Assembly: GCA_963713045.1 (NCBI GenBank)
Contig: CAVQKE010000004.1
Location: forward strand, 768,001 to 832,000
Reading direction: 5' to 3'
DNA: 64,000 bases
DNA from: an uncultured delta proteobacterium
GTDB lineage: Bacteria; Myxococcota; Myxococcia; Myxococcales; Myxococcaceae
A program made the translations under genes and the position numbers. This document shows positions 48,966 through 59,836 of this stretch, piece by piece. The notes under the pieces are model-generated. The model had not been told where the DNA came from. It was given only the letters and a program-made list of their open reading frames with translations, and ran no database searches. The first letter of the stretch is position 1. Each line of letters opens with the position of its first letter.

Positions 48966-49646
48966 TCAGGCGGGCTTCTGGGGTGGTAGTTGGCGCAGAA
49001 GACCGGGCCGGTGGGTCAGCCGGAGGCCGCTGTACACCCGAGCGTCAGCGAAGCGTGGGACGTTGCAAGGACGGCTATTCCACCAGTTCATGACGACAGC
49101 CAGTCGCAGTTGCCCGCCGCGCCGTACCCGGCGACCGGGGACCTGATTGTCGGCGTCCAGGACGCCATGCGTGAGGTTGCCGTCAAACCAAACGAAGCGG
49201 TTGGGGCGAGGGCCGGCGAGGTCAGCGTCCAGGGGCGCCGGAACGCAGGATGGGTTTCGAGGGTTGGGCTCTTGGGCGGTGACGGCCAAAGCACCGCCCC
49301 GGACGCGGTTGAGGAAAAGGACGGAGGAGAACCGCGGGTACCGAAGTCCTCCGCCGCGCAAGACGAGTTTTTCGTCGCGGTCTCGGTGGAAATCGACACT
49401 GATGTGGTTTGTCTTCATTCGCGACAACCACCATTCAACGCCCCTCACCCGCTCTCCGGGGACGAATGTCCTGAGAAAGACGGCCGCCTGCTCGACGACC
49501 GAGGTAGGAAGGCCAAAGTCGAACCAGAACGTCGTTTGGTAAGTCTGTCGTAGTCGCTCGCCGGCGAGCGCACGAACGCCGGAGCGTAGTCGCTGAAACA
49601 GCGACCCCGGCAAAGCATCGTCGTAAAGGAAAAGCAGACTCACCGA
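48966..49646 (-). CDS. Putative 2OG-Fe(II) oxygenase-like protein
   Basis: HRD (HxD), SSVLFL, FDGNLTHGV, RLAVVMNWW; start uncertain. Confidence 0.6.
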   Translation of the reverse strand, partial: SVSLLFLYDDALPGSLFQRLRSGVRALAGERLRQTYQTTFWFDFGLPTSVVEQAAVFLRTFVPGERVRGVEWWLSRMKTNHISVDFHRDRDEKLVLRGGGLRYPRFSSVLFLNRVRGGALAVTAQEPNPRNPSCVPAPLDADLAGPRPNRFVWFDGNLTHGVLDADNQVPGRRVRRGGQLRLAVVMNWWNSRPCNVPRFADARVYSGLRLTHRPGLLRQLPPQKPA

Positions 49647-49705
49647 CGGTGGTATCGCATATAAGGCTTCGCCGCGGCACCGTACGAGAGCGACCGGAGT
49701 CGTCC

Positions 49706-51238
49706 ATGGCACACGCTGACTCTATTGCTGAGCTGCTCAAACGAGGTGCTGCTACCTCCCCTGCCGTTAGTGCCCCCGAAGGCGTTCGTTCCCTGAGCTA
49801 CGGAAAGCTGCAAGCCCTAGCCACGCAAACGCTGCAGACACTCAATGCACTCGGCCTTGGCCGCGACGACCGAATCGCCATCGTGCTTCCGAATGGTCCG
49901 GAAATGGCTTCGGCGTTCATCTGCGTCGCGGCCTGTGCCACCACCGCCCCACTGAATCCCAACTACCGCGCCGATGAGTTCGAGTTTTACCTTCGAGACC
50001 TCAAGGCCAAGGCGCTCGTGCTCGAGACCGACTCCGATTCGCCCGCCCGAGACGTGGCTTCTAAGCTGTCCGTTCCGGTTCTCGAACTCAAAGCACAGCG
50101 CTCAGAAGGCGCCGGCTATTTTACGCTCAGCCCCGTGGATGGCCTTGCCAACGCGGCGGTTCGCACTGGATTTGCAGGCAGCGAGGACACTGCGCTCGTG
50201 CTCCATACCTCCGGGACGACATCCCGACCCAAACTGGTCCCGTTGCTGCAGCGCAATGTTCTGGCCAGCGCCGCCCACATCGGAAGCACCCTTTCCCTGA
50301 ACCCACACGACGTCTGTCTCAACATTATGCCGTTGTTCCACATCCACGGCCTCATCGCCGCGACGCTTTCCTCAATCGGCGCAGGCGCTCAAGTGTGCTG
50401 CAGCCCCGGGTTCAACGCGCTGAAGTTCTTCTCCTGGTTCGATGAGATTCGCCCGACCTGGTACACCGCGGTCCCCACAATGCATCAAGCCATCCTGGCG
50501 CGCGCTGGGCGCAACGCTGCGATTTTGGGGCGGTCCCGACTCCGCTTTATCCGCTCTTCATCGGCCTCTCTACCGCCGCAAGTCATGGCCGACTTGGAAC
50601 GCGTTTTTCGAGTCCCGGTCATCGAAAGCTACGGGATGACCGAGGCCGCACACCAAATGGCTTCCAATCCGTTGCCGCCGCGACCGCGAAAACCAGGCTC
50701 GGTCGGGATCGCCGCCGGGCCGGAAATCGCGATTCTCAACGAGGATGGGCGGCAGCTGGCAGGCGAGGAGATAGGAGAAGTGGCCATTCGGGGACCCAAC
50801 GTGACGCCTGGCTATGAGGCCAACCCCGAAGCCAATTCGAAAGCCTTCACCAACGGCTGGTTTCGTACCGGAGATCAGGGATTCCTCGACGCGGAGGGCT
50901 ACCTGCGTCTCACCGGACGCTTGAAGGAGCTCATCAACCGCGGGGGCGAGAAATTTTCTCCCCTCGAAGTCGACGAGGTCCTGATGGACCATCCGGCGGT
51001 TGCGCAAGTTGTGACGTTTGCAATCCCCCACGACAAACTCGGCGAGGAGGCCGCCGCCGCAGTGGTGCTTCGCGAAGGCCAAGCTGCTACCGAACGAGAG
51101 CTCCGCGATTTCGCAGCGACGCGGCTGGTGGACTTTAAAGTGCCTCGAAGAATCGTGATTCTTACCGAGATCCCCAAAGGGGCCACTGGCAAGTTGCAGC
51201 GAATTGGTCTCGCTTCCAAGTTGGGATTGGCACCGTGA
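49706..51238 (+). CDS. Acyl-CoA synthetase, oxalate-CoA ligase (PCS60/AAE3/Oxs) type
   Basis: LHTSGTTSRPK, MPLFHIHGL, WYTAVPTMHQ, RSSSASL, YGMTEAAHQMASNPLPP, KGATGK. Confidence 0.88.
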   Translation: MAHADSIAELLKRGAATSPAVSAPEGVRSLSYGKLQALATQTLQTLNALGLGRDDRIAIVLPNGPEMASAFICVAACATTAPLNPNYRADEFEFYLRDLKAKALVLETDSDSPARDVASKLSVPVLELKAQRSEGAGYFTLSPVDGLANAAVRTGFAGSEDTALVLHTSGTTSRPKLVPLLQRNVLASAAHIGSTLSLNPHDVCLNIMPLFHIHGLIAATLSSIGAGAQVCCSPGFNALKFFSWFDEIRPTWYTAVPTMHQAILARAGRNAAILGRSRLRFIRSSSASLPPQVMADLERVFRVPVIESYGMTEAAHQMASNPLPPRPRKPGSVGIAAGPEIAILNEDGRQLAGEEIGEVAIRGPNVTPGYEANPEANSKAFTNGWFRTGDQGFLDAEGYLRLTGRLKELINRGGEKFSPLEVDEVLMDHPAVAQVVTFAIPHDKLGEEAAAAVVLREGQAATERELRDFAATRLVDFKVPRRIVILTEIPKGATGKLQRIGLASKLGLAP

Positions 51239-51251
51239 GGACCTGGAAGCG

Positions 51252-52256
51252 ATGAAGATTTGTGTGGTAGGAGCCGGGGCCATCGGCGGGCTGTTGGCGG
51301 TCAAGCTCGCAGCGCTGGGGGAGAACGTCACCGTCATCGCCCGGGGTCCGCATCTTGAGGCCATTCGTTCGCAGGGGATGAAGCTCCTCGAAGAAGACAC
51401 GGAAATCGTCGCGCGGCTGAGCGCGACGCAACGCATCAGCGAGGCTGGGCCGCAAGACCTCGTCATCCTCGCAGTGAAGGCACATCAGCTGGGTGCGGTG
51501 GCAACGGACATCAAGTCCCTCTGCGGACCGCGGACGGTCATCGTCACCGCACAGAACGGCATCCCGTGGTGGTATTTCTTCAACAATGACGGCCCCTGCC
51601 AAGGGACGGTCCTTCAGAGCGTCGACCCCGGCGGAACCATCGCCGCCAACATCGACGCGGCAAATGTCCTTGGCTCAATCATTTACCCGGCCGCCGAGAT
51701 TGTCGCACCCGGCATTATCCGCCACATCGAGGGTGACAGGATTTCTTTGGGCGAACTCAACGGCGCGGAAACCGAGCGGCTGCGCTCGCTGACGCAGCTG
51801 CTACGGGAGGCTGGCTTCAAGGTGCGCATGACGAAGGACCTCCGCTCCGAGATTTGGGTGAAGCTGTGGGGAAACTGCACCTTCAACCCCATCAGCGCGC
51901 TGACCCACGCTACCCTCGTCGACATCTGTCGGTTTTCGCCGACACGGTCGCTCGTGGAGAGCGCGATGCGGGAAGCGCAAACCATTGGCGAGCGGCTAGG
52001 AGCTCATTTCGGCGTGTCGCTGGACAAGCGCATTGCCGGTGCCGAGGCCGTTGGGGAGCACAAAACCTCGATGCTGCAGGACGTGGAGACGGGCCGCCCG
52101 CTGGAAGTCGAAGCGCTGGTCGGGTCGGTGATTGAACTTGGGACGCTCACCGGCTCGCCTACGCCCAGCCTGTCGGCGCTCTACGCATGTACCAGCCTTT
52201 TGGCAAAGGTCCTTCGGGACTCGCATGGGCGACTAAGAGTCGAACCGCTTTCCTGA
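51252..52256 (+). CDS. panE: Ketopantoate reductase family (PanE2 / oxalyl-CoA reductase-like)
   Basis: GAGAIGG, QNGIPWWYF, WVKLWGN..FNPISALT, HKTSMLQD..GRPLE. Confidence 0.88.
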   Translation: MKICVVGAGAIGGLLAVKLAALGENVTVIARGPHLEAIRSQGMKLLEEDTEIVARLSATQRISEAGPQDLVILAVKAHQLGAVATDIKSLCGPRTVIVTAQNGIPWWYFFNNDGPCQGTVLQSVDPGGTIAANIDAANVLGSIIYPAAEIVAPGIIRHIEGDRISLGELNGAETERLRSLTQLLREAGFKVRMTKDLRSEIWVKLWGNCTFNPISALTHATLVDICRFSPTRSLVESAMREAQTIGERLGAHFGVSLDKRIAGAEAVGEHKTSMLQDVETGRPLEVEALVGSVIELGTLTGSPTPSLSALYACTSLLAKVLRDSHGRLRVEPLS

Positions 52257-52375
52257 GGCGGGCCCTGCCATCGGGGACGCCTTCGTTCTTCCCTGACGTC
52301 AGCCTCGAAGCGACGGAACGCGCCTAGCGGGTTTACCACGGCGTAGATGGCCGAAGGACGCCGACTGAGAGACGC

Positions 52376-53449
52376 TCAACCCTCTGTGCCCGCTTCTGTT
52401 TGTTGCACGGTGCGTTGCTCGCGGCGCTCAGCCAGCAGGTCACGCACGACAATTTGGGCGACCGCCACGGCTGGAACCGCGACAATGGCACCTGCGATGC
52501 CCATCAGCTCCGCGAGGAAAAGGATAGCCAGCAGCGTCACGAGGGGGTCGAGATGCACGGTCCGGCGGTAGACATATGGGCCTAGGACGTTACCCTCGAA
52601 CTGCCCATAGAGAATGAAGTAACCGGCGACGAGCGCTGCTTTGACTACGCCACTGGTCAACAAGGTCACGACCGTCACCAGCACAGCGACCGAGAGTGGC
52701 CCAGCATACGGGACAAGGCTCGAAAACCCGCTGAGAATCCCGAGCGGCAGGAAGAAGGGAATGTGCAGAACCGCCAAGCAGATGGTGGTCAGCGTCGCAT
52801 TCACACTGCAGATGACCAACAGACCGCCCAGGTACCCTCCGATTGAGCTGTAGGAGCGTGAGATAATTCGCTCCCATCGACGGCGAACGGCTGCATCGAG
52901 TTGACGGACAAAGCTCGAAACCAGGCCAGGCCCAAACACCAGCATAAAGGCAACCAACGCCGCCATGGTCGCAACACCGGCCACCGCTGAGACGACGCCT
53001 CCGATGGCACCAAGCACTGGACTCGCGCCGGTCTTGGCCAGACTGGGCACGTTGTCGCGAAGCACTTGCTCGACACCGAAGTGCTCGTCGAGCACCTTGA
53101 ACATGCGCGATTTTCGAATCTCATCGAGCAGTTTTGGAGCCTGCTGGATGAGTTCACTGCCCTGACTTACCGCCGCCGGGATAATCAACAGCAGCACCCC
53201 GCTGAGCAGCAGCAGGGCGGCCACTACAACAATGGCGATCGCCCAGGGTCGACGGATGCGCCGACGCTGGAGAAGGTGCACCGGGTGATTCAGAGCGATG
53301 GCCACCATTGCCGCGCAGGCAGTCAGCGTCAGCATCCCCCGCGTCCGCACGACGAAGATGATGAGGGCTGCCGTCGCGGTGACAGCGAAGCAGACTGTGA
53401 AGGCAGTCTTCAGCGTCACCTGAGATGCGTGCGGAGGAGCGCGCGCCAT
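52376..53449 (-). CDS. AI-2E family transporter
   Basis: Multiple TMs; LVPYAG, QFEGNVL.P, GIAGAIVAVP. Confidence 0.88.
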   Translation of the reverse strand: MARAPPHASQVTLKTAFTVCFAVTATAALIIFVVRTRGMLTLTACAAMVAIALNHPVHLLQRRRIRRPWAIAIVVVAALLLLSGVLLLIIPAAVSQGSELIQQAPKLLDEIRKSRMFKVLDEHFGVEQVLRDNVPSLAKTGASPVLGAIGGVVSAVAGVATMAALVAFMLVFGPGLVSSFVRQLDAAVRRRWERIISRSYSSIGGYLGGLLVICSVNATLTTICLAVLHIPFFLPLGILSGFSSLVPYAGPLSVAVLVTVVTLLTSGVVKAALVAGYFILYGQFEGNVLGPYVYRRTVHLDPLVTLLAILFLAELMGIAGAIVAVPAVAVAQIVVRDLLAERREQRTVQQTEAGTEG

Positions 53450-53717
53450 TCAACCTACGTTGCTGCTGGGCCGACTGAGAAGCAAGGGGCCGTTTCCGAT
53501 TTGCGACCCTCGTTCCAGACAACCGGTGGTTGAGAGAGCAACCTAAAGCGCCGTCCGCTCATCGCACCGCAGACATCGTGCCGGCGCTAACCAAGTCACA
53601 CAATGGGCTTGAACCAGGTGCGCCACAGCGCGATGTTCCATGGGATACCACGTAGGTTTCGGAGGTGGCACTGACTGAGCGCGTGTAAGCTTGCCACCAC
53701 TGATTCCTGGAGGGTTC

Positions 53718-55007
53718 GTGACCGAAGCGTCCAGAGGCAAGCCGCCCGCGATCCGATGGCTCCAGCTGGCCTTCGGCATCATCTGCATGGTGATGATTGC
53801 GAACCTGCAGTACGGATGGACCTTCTTTGTTGGCCCCATCGACCAGAAATTCCACTGGGGTACGACAGCGATTCAGGTCGCGTTTAGCATCTTCATACTC
53901 ACCGACACCTGGCTTGTACCCTTCGAAGGGTACCTCATCGATCACTTTGGACCGCGCGCGGTCGTCCTCGGAGGCGGCGTTCTGGTCGGAGTCGCCTGGG
54001 TAACGAACTCGGTGGCCCATTCGCTGCCCGTTCTCTACTTCGCGGCCGGGCTCGGGGGTGCTGGCGCTGGCGCCGTGTACGGCACGGCGGTGGGCAACAC
54101 ACTCAAGTGGTTTACCGATCGCCGCGGTCTGGCGGCTGGCCTCACCGCGGCGGGATTCGGGATCGGGACCGCGTTTACCGTGTCGCCCATCAGAAACCTC
54201 ATTGCGACTCACGGCTATGAGGTGGCGTTCCTGACCTTTGGCCTCATTCAGGGCCTCTCGGTGATTTTCTTTGGCTTCTTCCTACGGGCGCCGAAACCCG
54301 GCGAGGTTCCGCCCGCGCAGCTGCCACGCCAATCGCAGACGGCGCGGAACTACCAATGGATAGAAGCAATCAATACTCGAATGTTCTGGACCATGTACGT
54401 GATGTTCGTGATGGTTGCCTCCGGTGGACTCGTCGCAGTCGCGCAGCTGGCACCGATGGCCAAGGACTTCAAGGTCGCCGACGTGCCAGTCACGCTCCTT
54501 TGGTGGACCTGGCCGGCTCTGACCTTCACAGCCAAACTCAACGCGTACATGAATGGGCTCACCCGACCATTCTTCGGGTGGGTGTCCGACCATCTCGGCC
54601 GTGAGAACACGATGTTCGTCGCCTTCGTTTTAGAAGGGCTGGGGATTCTACTGATGTTGCATTACGCCACAGACCCAAAATTATTCGTTGTGCTGTCGGG
54701 CCTGGTGTTCTTCGCTTGGGGCGAAATCTACAGCCTCTTCCCCGCGACCTGTGCCGACATCTTTGGGCGAAAGTACTGCACCACCATCTACGGCATCCTC
54801 TACACAGCAAAAGGCACGGCTTCGCTTCTGGTGCCGCTCGCGAGCTACGTCAGTCACCGCGCCTCTGGGTGGGCCCTCGTCTTCACCATTGCTGCCTCAC
54901 TCAACTTCATCGCCGCCCTGTTGGCCATTCTCGTCCTACGACCTGCTCGGATCCGCGCAATGAGCAACGAGCTGATTCCGGACGCAATGGGAATCACGCG
55001 CATCTGA
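53718..55007 (+). CDS. oxlT: Oxalate/formate antiporter family MFS transporter
   Basis: ANLQYGWTFF, KWF.DRRGLA.G..AAGFG.G, NGLTRPFFG, WGEIYSLFP, YTAKG. Confidence 0.88.
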   Translation: MTEASRGKPPAIRWLQLAFGIICMVMIANLQYGWTFFVGPIDQKFHWGTTAIQVAFSIFILTDTWLVPFEGYLIDHFGPRAVVLGGGVLVGVAWVTNSVAHSLPVLYFAAGLGGAGAGAVYGTAVGNTLKWFTDRRGLAAGLTAAGFGIGTAFTVSPIRNLIATHGYEVAFLTFGLIQGLSVIFFGFFLRAPKPGEVPPAQLPRQSQTARNYQWIEAINTRMFWTMYVMFVMVASGGLVAVAQLAPMAKDFKVADVPVTLLWWTWPALTFTAKLNAYMNGLTRPFFGWVSDHLGRENTMFVAFVLEGLGILLMLHYATDPKLFVVLSGLVFFAWGEIYSLFPATCADIFGRKYCTTIYGILYTAKGTASLLVPLASYVSHRASGWALVFTIAASLNFIAALLAILVLRPARIRAMSNELIPDAMGITRI

Positions 55008-55341
55008 CCGCGAGCGCCGCTTTTTAGGCGACAGGTAGGTCTCTACAAGACGGGATTTTCGGCGGTCGCGCTGCTTATTCGGCGCATCCACTGCGCGGAC
55101 CCTGTCTGCGCCAGGCACCGCCTTGAGCTTCAAGCGGGTCGCAAGTCGCCCCAGGCGCGGGAAGCTGCGCGGCGTCTGCGCAGTGGAGATGCCGCGTCAA
55201 ATGCCGGGGACGGGTATTCAAGTTTGCGCCGATGATTCTGCTTGTACCAGCCTGACGATGTCGCGCTCGTCGTCATCGGCGGAAGCGACTCCGGAGTCAG
55301 CGCGGCCTTTCGCGCAACTGAGCTGAGTCGTGCTTAAGCAT

Positions 55342-55647
55342 CTAAGGGGCGCGGCAGTCCTCGAATTGACTCTGGCCATGACGCGTTATTGGCGTACGGC
55401 ATGCATCTGCCGAGGAACTGCCGCCTGTCGGGTTGCGGCCCGCGATGAGGCCCCACAAGGCAACGGTTGAAACCACTAGGTACATGAAGAAACCGTAAAC
55501 GCATGCGGGGTAGCCGAACGCTGTCCCCGGACTCCCTGGACTGGGGTAGACCGTGATGCTGCTCCCGAAAACCTCCTGGTAGGAGAGGATTCCCGAGAAA
55601 ACGACCCCGAAGACTGCAACACCCGAGATGATTTGTAACGCGCGCAT
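55342..55647 (-). CDS. Small membrane protein
   Basis: Two TMs; GYPACVYGFFMY; GGAGGAG RBS. Confidence 0.6.
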   Translation of the reverse strand: MRALQIISGVAVFGVVFSGILSYQEVFGSSITVYPSPGSPGTAFGYPACVYGFFMYLVVSTVALWGLIAGRNPTGGSSSADACRTPITRHGQSQFEDCRAP

Positions 55648-55696
55648 CGTGATTCTCCTCCGTCTTGCCGAGAGTTCGAGTGGGGGCTCACGTGAC

Positions 55697-57682
55697 TCAT
55701 ACGGCAAACGGATAGGTCTCAGGCACACCGACGCGCGCCGTTGGCGTCGCCAGGGGATGGAGCGCCTCTGACGCGTCGAACCAAATGTATTCGTCGAACT
55801 GCTGTGCCAATAGGGCCGCGAAATAGTGGCTTTGGAGCTCTGTTTCGGGGCGATAAACGACCCCGATGGCACGTTCCAGCCTGCTCCTCATAAACTCATC
55901 GCGCACCGAGTCATGGAGTGGGAGGCGCAACGGAAGTAGGAGTGCCGGAACTGACGATTCATGAAAGACGCGCTCGTGGCTAAATTGATGCGCAGGTCGA
56001 ACCCGCATAATCTCCATGGGCTCGTCCCAATCCTGCGCCGCCGCCACCGTTCCGTGGTCAGTGCCGAAGCCAATGTGGAACGAGTCGTCCCCGAAATGTT
56101 GCCTCGCCAGCTGGCCGATGTTGAACTCCCCTCGCGAACCCATTTCGGTGGCGGCCGCATCGCCACAGTGAGAGTTATGGGCCCAGACGATGGCTTTGGA
56201 AGCCGGTCCACGCTCTTCCAGAATGGCGAGCAGGGTGTTGAACATGTGCTGGTCGCGCAGATTCCAGGACTCGCGTGAGCCACGGAACATCGCTCGGTAA
56301 TAACGCTCTGCGTCGACCACCAGCTGCGCGTTTTGAGCAGCGTCGAAGAATCGATAGCCATCATGACGCGCGTACTCCAGTCGGCGCCTCAAGAGGTCCG
56401 TCAGCGCTTCAGTGACCTCCTCCTCGACCTTCGGCGTTTGGCCGAGAAAAGCGGCTCGACCGTACGCGGTGGGGTCGGACTCCCACGGTGTGAGTCGGCC
56501 ATAGCGGGCTTTGGCTGCAGTGGCCGCTCGCACGTCCACCGTCTTGAGGTATGTGATGACGGCAGCGGCGGAGGTGAAGAGGCTATAGAGATCAAGACCA
56601 AAAAAACAGACTCTTCGGTTCACGTCCGCGACCTCGGCGTTGAAGGCCCTTAGCCAGGCAACAAGGTCGCTTGCCTCTTGGTTTCGCCACATCCAGGTCG
56701 GAAAGCGCGAGAAGGCGGTGAATCGATGCTCAGACGGCTTGAGGTTCCGCACATGACGGTCGATTCGTGAAGCGTCGGGCCAGTCCGCCTCCACAGCGAC
56801 CACGTCGAACCCCCGGCGAAGGACGAGCTCGCGCGTGATGCGCGCCCTCATTCGGTAGAATTCCGACGTCCCGTGTGTTGCCTCGCCCAGTAGCACCACG
56901 CGTGCATTGCCAATACGGTCCAACAGAGGGGCGAGATTGACGGTCTCGATGTCTTCCAGGTGCTCGCTCGCCTCGCGAACCAAGGATGGCAAACCTCGTG
57001 AGCGGGCCACCGCCGGAATCGCACGGCCCGGGGAGGTGCTCCACCCTTGTTCTCCAATGAGAGGGACGAAGCGAACGGGTTCGAGCTCCTCTCGTATGAG
57101 CTCGGTCCCGACTTTCCGGAGTCGGATGAGCACCTGCTCATCGCCATGGCCGAGCGGCATTACCAGGTGTCCACCTTCGGCAAGCTGGTCAACGAGTGCG
57201 CGGGGAACGGCGGGACTACCGGCTGCGACGACGATGGCGTCATAAGGGGTATCTTCCGGCCAACCCAAGCTGCCATCCCCGTGGTGCACATGAACATTCC
57301 CGTAACCGAGCCCTTCGAGTCGGGCGGTTGCACTCGCGGCCAGAGCTGGCAGGCGCTCAACGGTATGGACCTCGCGCGCAAGTCGCCCGAGGACCGCGGC
57401 GGCGTACCCGGAGCCGGTCCCCACCTCCAACACCCGCTCGGTGCCACGTAGCCTTAGAAGTTCGAGCATCAGCGCGACGATGTAGGGCTGTGAGATGGTC
57501 TGCCCTTCCTCGATGGGAAGTGGGACGTCCTCGTACGCGTACTCTTGGAGCTCGGGACGCACGAAGGCATGCCGAGGGACCTCACCCATGGCCTTCAGAA
57601 CCTGGGCATCAGTGATACGACTCTCTCTCGTCCAGGCCCGTACCATCCGCTCGCGACATTCTTTAAAGAGAAGTTCATCCAT
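55697..57682 (-). CDS. pcm: Protein-L-isoaspartate O-methyltransferase fused to erythromycin-esterase domain
   Basis: VPRHAFV, GQTISQPYIV, LEVGTGSGY; LLGEATHGTSEFY, FPTWMWRN, SWNLRD, WAHNSH. Confidence 0.92.
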   Translation of the reverse strand: MDELLFKECRERMVRAWTRESRITDAQVLKAMGEVPRHAFVRPELQEYAYEDVPLPIEEGQTISQPYIVALMLELLRLRGTERVLEVGTGSGYAAAVLGRLAREVHTVERLPALAASATARLEGLGYGNVHVHHGDGSLGWPEDTPYDAIVVAAGSPAVPRALVDQLAEGGHLVMPLGHGDEQVLIRLRKVGTELIREELEPVRFVPLIGEQGWSTSPGRAIPAVARSRGLPSLVREASEHLEDIETVNLAPLLDRIGNARVVLLGEATHGTSEFYRMRARITRELVLRRGFDVVAVEADWPDASRIDRHVRNLKPSEHRFTAFSRFPTWMWRNQEASDLVAWLRAFNAEVADVNRRVCFFGLDLYSLFTSAAAVITYLKTVDVRAATAAKARYGRLTPWESDPTAYGRAAFLGQTPKVEEEVTEALTDLLRRRLEYARHDGYRFFDAAQNAQLVVDAERYYRAMFRGSRESWNLRDQHMFNTLLAILEERGPASKAIVWAHNSHCGDAAATEMGSRGEFNIGQLARQHFGDDSFHIGFGTDHGTVAAAQDWDEPMEIMRVRPAHQFSHERVFHESSVPALLLPLRLPLHDSVRDEFMRSRLERAIGVVYRPETELQSHYFAALLAQQFDEYIWFDASEALHPLATPTARVGVPETYPFAV

Positions 57683-58118
57683 GACGGTTCCCGGTGCCGG
57701 CAAGAAACCGACGTCCTGATCGCGTTGTGGATCTGCGCTGAGTGCGTGTCTTCCCGCTGCCCACCCAGGCGCAGACGTCGCTGGCTGTAACAATTCCAAC
57801 CAATCGGCCGCCCTGCATCACCGGAAGGCAACCGATGCTCCGGCCTCGGAACTGGTTCGCGGCCTCGCGCATTGTCATGTCAGGTGTCGCCACCGCGGGG
57901 TTCTTCGTCATGAGCTCTTCGACGGTTCGGCCTCTCCGGACCGCCTCTCCGGCATGGCCGCCCAAGTCGTCGCTCGTGAGGACTCCCTCGACGTTGGCGC
58001 CATTCATGACCACGAGATGGTGAATGGCATCGCGCTGCATCCGAAAAAAAGCGGCTTCCGCGTTCTCTTCCTTAGTGGCGGTTCGCACCGCCCGCACCAT
58101 GACTTCGCTGACTCGCAT
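57675..58118 (-). CDS. CBS domain protein
   Basis: IHHLVV..G.LTSDDL and IGCLPV..GRLVGIVTASD. Confidence 0.88.
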   Translation of the reverse strand: MRVSEVMVRAVRTATKEENAEAAFFRMQRDAIHHLVVMNGANVEGVLTSDDLGGHAGEAVRRGRTVEELMTKNPAVATPDMTMREAANQFRGRSIGCLPVMQGGRLVGIVTASDVCAWVGSGKTRTQRRSTTRSGRRFLAGTGNRHG

Positions 58119-58645
58119 GGCGGCCTCCAACTGGAGCGCAACACGCCCCTGTTACTACTCAAATCTGTCCATGTTTGGAGGAAGAGCAAGGACTGCTCCT
58201 GCACGCTCTGGAGAGAACAGCTTCTAGGGTTGCGCAGACTTTGCGTCTGAAGGCCTCTCGCGGAATCGCTTTCGCACAGAATTCGCCGCGAGAGCGGGTT
58301 CAGCCGCTCGACGTCGCGCTGAGGCCATTAGGCCCCTCCGCCTCGTGGGGCGAGAGCAGCCGCGGCCATTGCATTCGATCGAGGCTTCAATGCCAATTTC
58401 TGGGCCGCGTCTTCAAAATCCAACCCACGGGCACTCGCGGGCAAAACTTTGTGGTATGGGGCTGCGTTTGGCTTTCGCGACACGGGGCTGATCCTCGCTC
58501 GCGGGCGCACGTATGTCCGCTTGGGCACCGGCTGTGGCAAACCCGGGTGACAGCGAAGCGCGCACGAACGCGCGCGACTCATGACGAAAAGGCCCAATTT
58601 TGCCGCCGCAGCGGCCCCATGGGCGCACAAAACGCGGGGAAGAGC

Positions 58646-59551
58646 TCAGGCCTCGCTTCGCGGCGTTGCTTCTTCCCGGACCGGTCGGGCCCACGGCATC
58701 GTCGACATCAGCTCGCCCGTCGCCAGGGTAGCTGCGAAAATCAGTGTTAGCGGCAACCAGGTGCCGCCGAGGCTCGCGAAAATGGCGATGCTCCGTTGGA
58801 CGACCCCGGCGACAATTATTAAATCGAGAAGCGCGACGGCCCCAACGAATGCAAGTGCTGTGGGTAGCGGATCTCGCGCGCCGGGTGCCCGAAAGTAGTG
58901 AATTGAAATTGCGATGAAGAAGACGGGGGCCAACAGCCCGTGGAGAACGAGCGCAGGTCGCAGACTCATGAGCGACAGCAGAACGGCCATGAGCGACGCA
59001 CAGAGTGCCCAGCCCAGCGCTGCATGGAGGAGCAGGACTACGCCCGAGCTACCAGCTTGCGCCACGACTGGACGCGGTCGTGCCATCGGCAACGCCGCTG
59101 CGACCTCTGAAGCCCAACTTCGAATCATAGCCGGGTCCCGCCAATCGCCCGCGTGTTTTCTTGCGAGCGCGCTGTCCGCGTCTGAGCTGAGGCGGCCACC
59201 GAAGGTGACGTGCCCCTGGGCGCCAATGCGCTCCATCAGCCTCTGCACCTGCCGCGTTGGCGGGATGCCGCGGACGGCTGAGTCATCGAGTGGTCCGCTG
59301 GAGAAGCACCATACGGGAACCCTGCGCAAGTCCCGTTGCCGGACTCTGACGAATCGACGCGCATCGGCGTGCCACCGGTTCGCGTATAACGCCCCGCCGA
59401 CAATCACGGCGTCGAAGCCTGAGAGCTTGCTTGCCTCGCCAGCCGGCCGCACGTCCACCTGGAACCCTGCCCGCCGGAGGTCCTCGCCAATGATCTGGGC
59501 GATTCGCTCGGTCCCTCCCCGTTTAGAACCGCAAGTGATCAACACGCGCAT
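58646..59551 (-). CDS. Flavodoxin (HemG-like) domain protein with C-terminal membrane domain
   Basis: SKRGGTERIA, FDAVIVGGALY, FSSGPL, GDWRD; four C-terminal TMs. Confidence 0.8.
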   Translation of the reverse strand: MRVLITCGSKRGGTERIAQIIGEDLRRAGFQVDVRPAGEASKLSGFDAVIVGGALYANRWHADARRFVRVRQRDLRRVPVWCFSSGPLDDSAVRGIPPTRQVQRLMERIGAQGHVTFGGRLSSDADSALARKHAGDWRDPAMIRSWASEVAAALPMARPRPVVAQAGSSGVVLLLHAALGWALCASLMAVLLSLMSLRPALVLHGLLAPVFFIAISIHYFRAPGARDPLPTALAFVGAVALLDLIIVAGVVQRSIAIFASLGGTWLPLTLIFAATLATGELMSTMPWARPVREEATPRSEA

Positions 59552-59836
59552 GACCTGCCCTACCCTTGCAACCAACACGCCAGAGCCCCTCTGCCCTTCC
59601 GACTGGAACTAGCCGATAGCGGTGCGCAGGGATTGCATGTGGCTGGGGCCAAACGTCAGGATTAGAGCGGACCGTGAGCCTCTTCTGCTGTTGAACGGGT
59701 CCGGACCAAGCCGGCACCAGCACTCTGGACTACGTGAGCGCGTTTGAGCCAATGAGAACGCCAGAGAGTGCGAGTGCTCTCCGGCGCTTTCACAGCAATG
59801 CGGTTGGCGCTTGCACTACGTGAGCTTGCTCAGCGA

